Source: Candidatus Dojkabacteria bacterium
Lineage (GTDB): Bacteria; Patescibacteriota; Dojkabacteria; B142; WJKM01
Length of the DNA stretch: 60,731 bases
Assembly: GCA_014729085.1 (NCBI GenBank)
Contig: WJKM01000014.1
Location: 1-60,731, forward strand
Direction of reading: 5' to 3'
Shown: one piece after another, positions 58,812-60,731 of the stretch
Layout: each line of letters starts with the position of its first letter
How positions within the stretch are numbered: position 1 is the first letter of the stretch
Program-made: the position numbers and the translations under genes
The notes under the pieces: generated by a model
The model's database searches: none
Seen by the model: only the letters and a program-made list of their open reading frames with translations
Told to the model about the DNA's origin: nothing

Positions 58812-59924
58812 TTATGGAACCTGTTGCGGAGTTGCTTCCGGTATTGGAGTAGGAGTAGGGGTACTACCATAATAATAATCGAAATAACCTAAAGGTTGCG
58901 GAGTCGGGGTTTGAGAATGTAAGCCACCTGTCTGCTCATCATAAAGGAAGTCATTGCCAGTATATGGAAAACCTGGTTGTACTTCTAGGCAATAATATCC
59001 ATCCTCACAACCTACAGACTCGTCATATTCAGGTAGTAAAACCTCATATCCAGATGCCCCTGCATCCCCCCAAACTAAAACAGAAAGAGTAGGATCTGGT
59101 TCACCATCACCATCAGCATCACACGATGCATCTACATTCACAGAAAAGTAACCTTCGTCTGTAAATGAGTATGTATTTTGACATGGGCTAGATGCGTATA
59201 TCATTTCTCCATTAAGGGGAGTATCAATATCCCAATCAAACTCTCCATTGCCATTTGTATCCAAAAAAACATTTCCGGATATATAAATATTCTCCGGAAA
59301 AGGTGTAGGGGTTGATGGTGGTGCACCTGTTGCGGTAGCAATAGGTGTAGGTTCCTCTGTTGGTGTAGCTGTTGGTGGAAGTATCCACTCACAAGTATCA
59401 TTATTACAATTAGGTTCACTATCACATTCTTCCGTGCCTTCCCAAACAAATCCGTCACCGCAAGAAGCTTCAACACACATTAAATCATTTTCTTCGTCTG
59501 TTATACAAGCATCTGTATTTATCCAGTTGCCATCATCACACTCTTCGCCTATTTCCACTTCACCATTTGGGCATTCTGGGGGTACCCACTGCGAAGTAAT
59601 TGAAGGTAAATATAAATAATAAGTCATTGGATTAGTTATAGTTATTGTACCTGAGCTTGCAAGAGATGATGTTGCTTCAATTGTAGGAGGAGTAAACAAA
59701 GGCAGATATTCAATATCCAACTGAGATGCCATATCCCTATATCCTATTTCCTCTAGGTCTTTTACAGGTGGATCCTCATATCCATGAATACTGTTGCTTC
59801 CTGCAAACTCAAAATCTCCAATGCCAACCGTATCGACTAATTCTGGATCCGTACACATATCATCATGTAGAGATGAATTGTATTCTGGGAAAAAGGCATC
59901 AAAGTTTTCCATAGTATTTCTCAT
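58812..59924 (-). CDS. Acidic Cys-rich protein with DUF4215-like repeats, PT linker and SdrD-B-like domain
   Basis: [38 protein letters not shown]. Confidence 0.7.
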   Translation of the reverse strand: MRNTMENFDAFFPEYNSSLHDDMCTDPELVDTVGIGDFEFAGSNSIHGYEDPPVKDLEEIGYRDMASQLDIEYLPLFTPPTIEATSSLASSGTITITNPMTYYLYLPSITSQWVPPECPNGEVEIGEECDDGNWINTDACITDEENDLMCVEASCGDGFVWEGTEECDSEPNCNNDTCEWILPPTATPTEEPTPIATATGAPPSTPTPFPENIYISGNVFLDTNGNGEFDWDIDTPLNGEMIYASSPCQNTYSFTDEGYFSVNVDASCDADGDGEPDPTLSVLVWGDAGASGYEVLLPEYDESVGCEDGYYCLEVQPGFPYTGNDFLYDEQTGGLHSQTPTPQPLGYFDYYYGSTPTPTPIPEATPQQVP

Positions 59925-59935
59925 TAATATATTAA

Positions 59936-59964
59936 ATTTTATCCAAGACTATAAGAGATGTCAA
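59936..59964 (-). promoter_or_regulatory. sigma70-like promoter directly upstream of the 59924 start
   Basis: Minus strand TTGACA-N17-TAAAAT. Confidence 0.6.
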
Positions 59965-60063
59965 CTAAAAATAGAATAGTGCTATTGAATTGTTATATAT
60001 ATCTATAGTCAATATTTATACAAATATTATGGGTTTATACTAAATCTAGATTAATTCATATTT

Positions 60064-60731
60064 TTAATAATCATCAAGCAAATCCCCAGAGGCTGATACT
60101 TGCATCTCCTCCTTATTAGCTGAATCTATTTCAATCAAATCACCTTCTTGAATCTCATTTCTTTCTTCTTCGTCCTTTTCGTCTTCAGTATCCTTCTGCT
60201 GCCTAATACATTCCGGATCCGCTCTATCACACTCCTTAAACACCTCTATCTCCTCTATACTTCCATCACTTATAAATATATTCCCTTCCTCCACACCAAA
60301 TGCATGCCAATTAAACAATATCTCGGCATCTAACTTTCTGTCTATTTCAATTAAAAAGCCACGAGTGGTTTCTTCTGCAATTCTATATTTAAAATCCTCA
60401 TCAAAGACCACATCTCCTTTCGGATTAATTAACACAATCGGCTGGTATTGGTATTCATTCTCAAACTCTACATATACCTCTCTGTCTCCCTTCAGTATCT
60501 TAGCCTGTCCCACTGTGTCTTTGTTGAATGTAACTTGCTCTTCCACTACTATACTTCCTATAAATAATGCATCTCCTGTAACTCGTATGCTGTCTACTTC
60601 TATACCTCCCATCATATAGTAATTCATGTCCATACTCATCAACTTCTCTCCTAATAACTCTTCTCCTTCTCTCTCCTCAAGTATCTCATTTGCTCCTACC
60701 TCTCCACTCATGTCCTCTACTTCCTCTGGAT
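60064..60731 (-). CDS. 3' part of a paralog of the giant surface protein (5'-truncated by the window)
   Basis: Frame stays open to the window end; shares FN.DTVG.A.I..GD....F.N.Y.Y.PI....P...GF.I.....FNWH.F with 48398..53017. Confidence 0.75.
   Translation of the reverse strand, partial: PEEVEDMSGEVGANEILEEREGEELLGEKLMSMDMNYYMMGGIEVDSIRVTGDALFIGSIVVEEQVTFNKDTVGQAKILKGDREVYVEFENEYQYQPIVLINPKGDVVFDEDFKYRIAEETTRGFLIEIDRKLDAEILFNWHAFGVEEGNIFISDGSIEEIEVFKECDRADPECIRQQKDTEDEKDEEERNEIQEGDLIEIDSANKEEMQVSASGDLLDDY

Noticed and set aside
1-60731. Alternative genetic code (UGA recoded)
   Set aside because: Conserved genes are full length under code 11 and several end at TGA at the expected position (PRTase, gyrA, prfA)

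Overview
AT-rich (roughly 30% GC by eye) bacterial chromosomal window in standard genetic code 11. Gene content and style point to Patescibacteria/CPR, plausibly Dojkabacteria; this is inference, with no search run. Contents in order: (i) GTCATTCC-type palindromic repeats and a small accessory patch (DUF5680-like protein, PRTase, nucleotidyltransferase); (ii) translation and RNA genes (trmH-like, rsmD, rpmF, nusB, rnc, rpsP, khpA); (iii) a type IV pilus locus (pilB/T/C/D, four minor pilins, pilMNO) containing two tandem ~930-aa Cys-rich adhesin-like paralogs, the first flanked by a near-perfect 131-bp direct repeat of its own 3' end; (iv) holB-like, SPFH, gyrBA, a Gre-like factor behind a structured leader and terminator, and a lone Xer recombinase with a symmetric dif-like site just upstream; (v) rpmE-prfA-prmC, ctpA, rpsF-ssb-rpsR, ychF, a beta-CASP nuclease, dnaX-ybaB-recR, rpsU (with an unusually perfect Shine-Dalgarno), rseP and rpsB-tsf-frr (uS2 fused to an alphaCTD-like HhH domain); (vi) a ~12-kb cell-surface cluster with a tail-fibre-like giant protein, WxL/DUF916-like proteins, an overlapping dockerin-cohesin gene pair and a Cys-rich acidic protein. 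No rRNA, tRNA, CRISPR array or transposase was recognised. All family calls come from motif recognition by eye, not from database searches.
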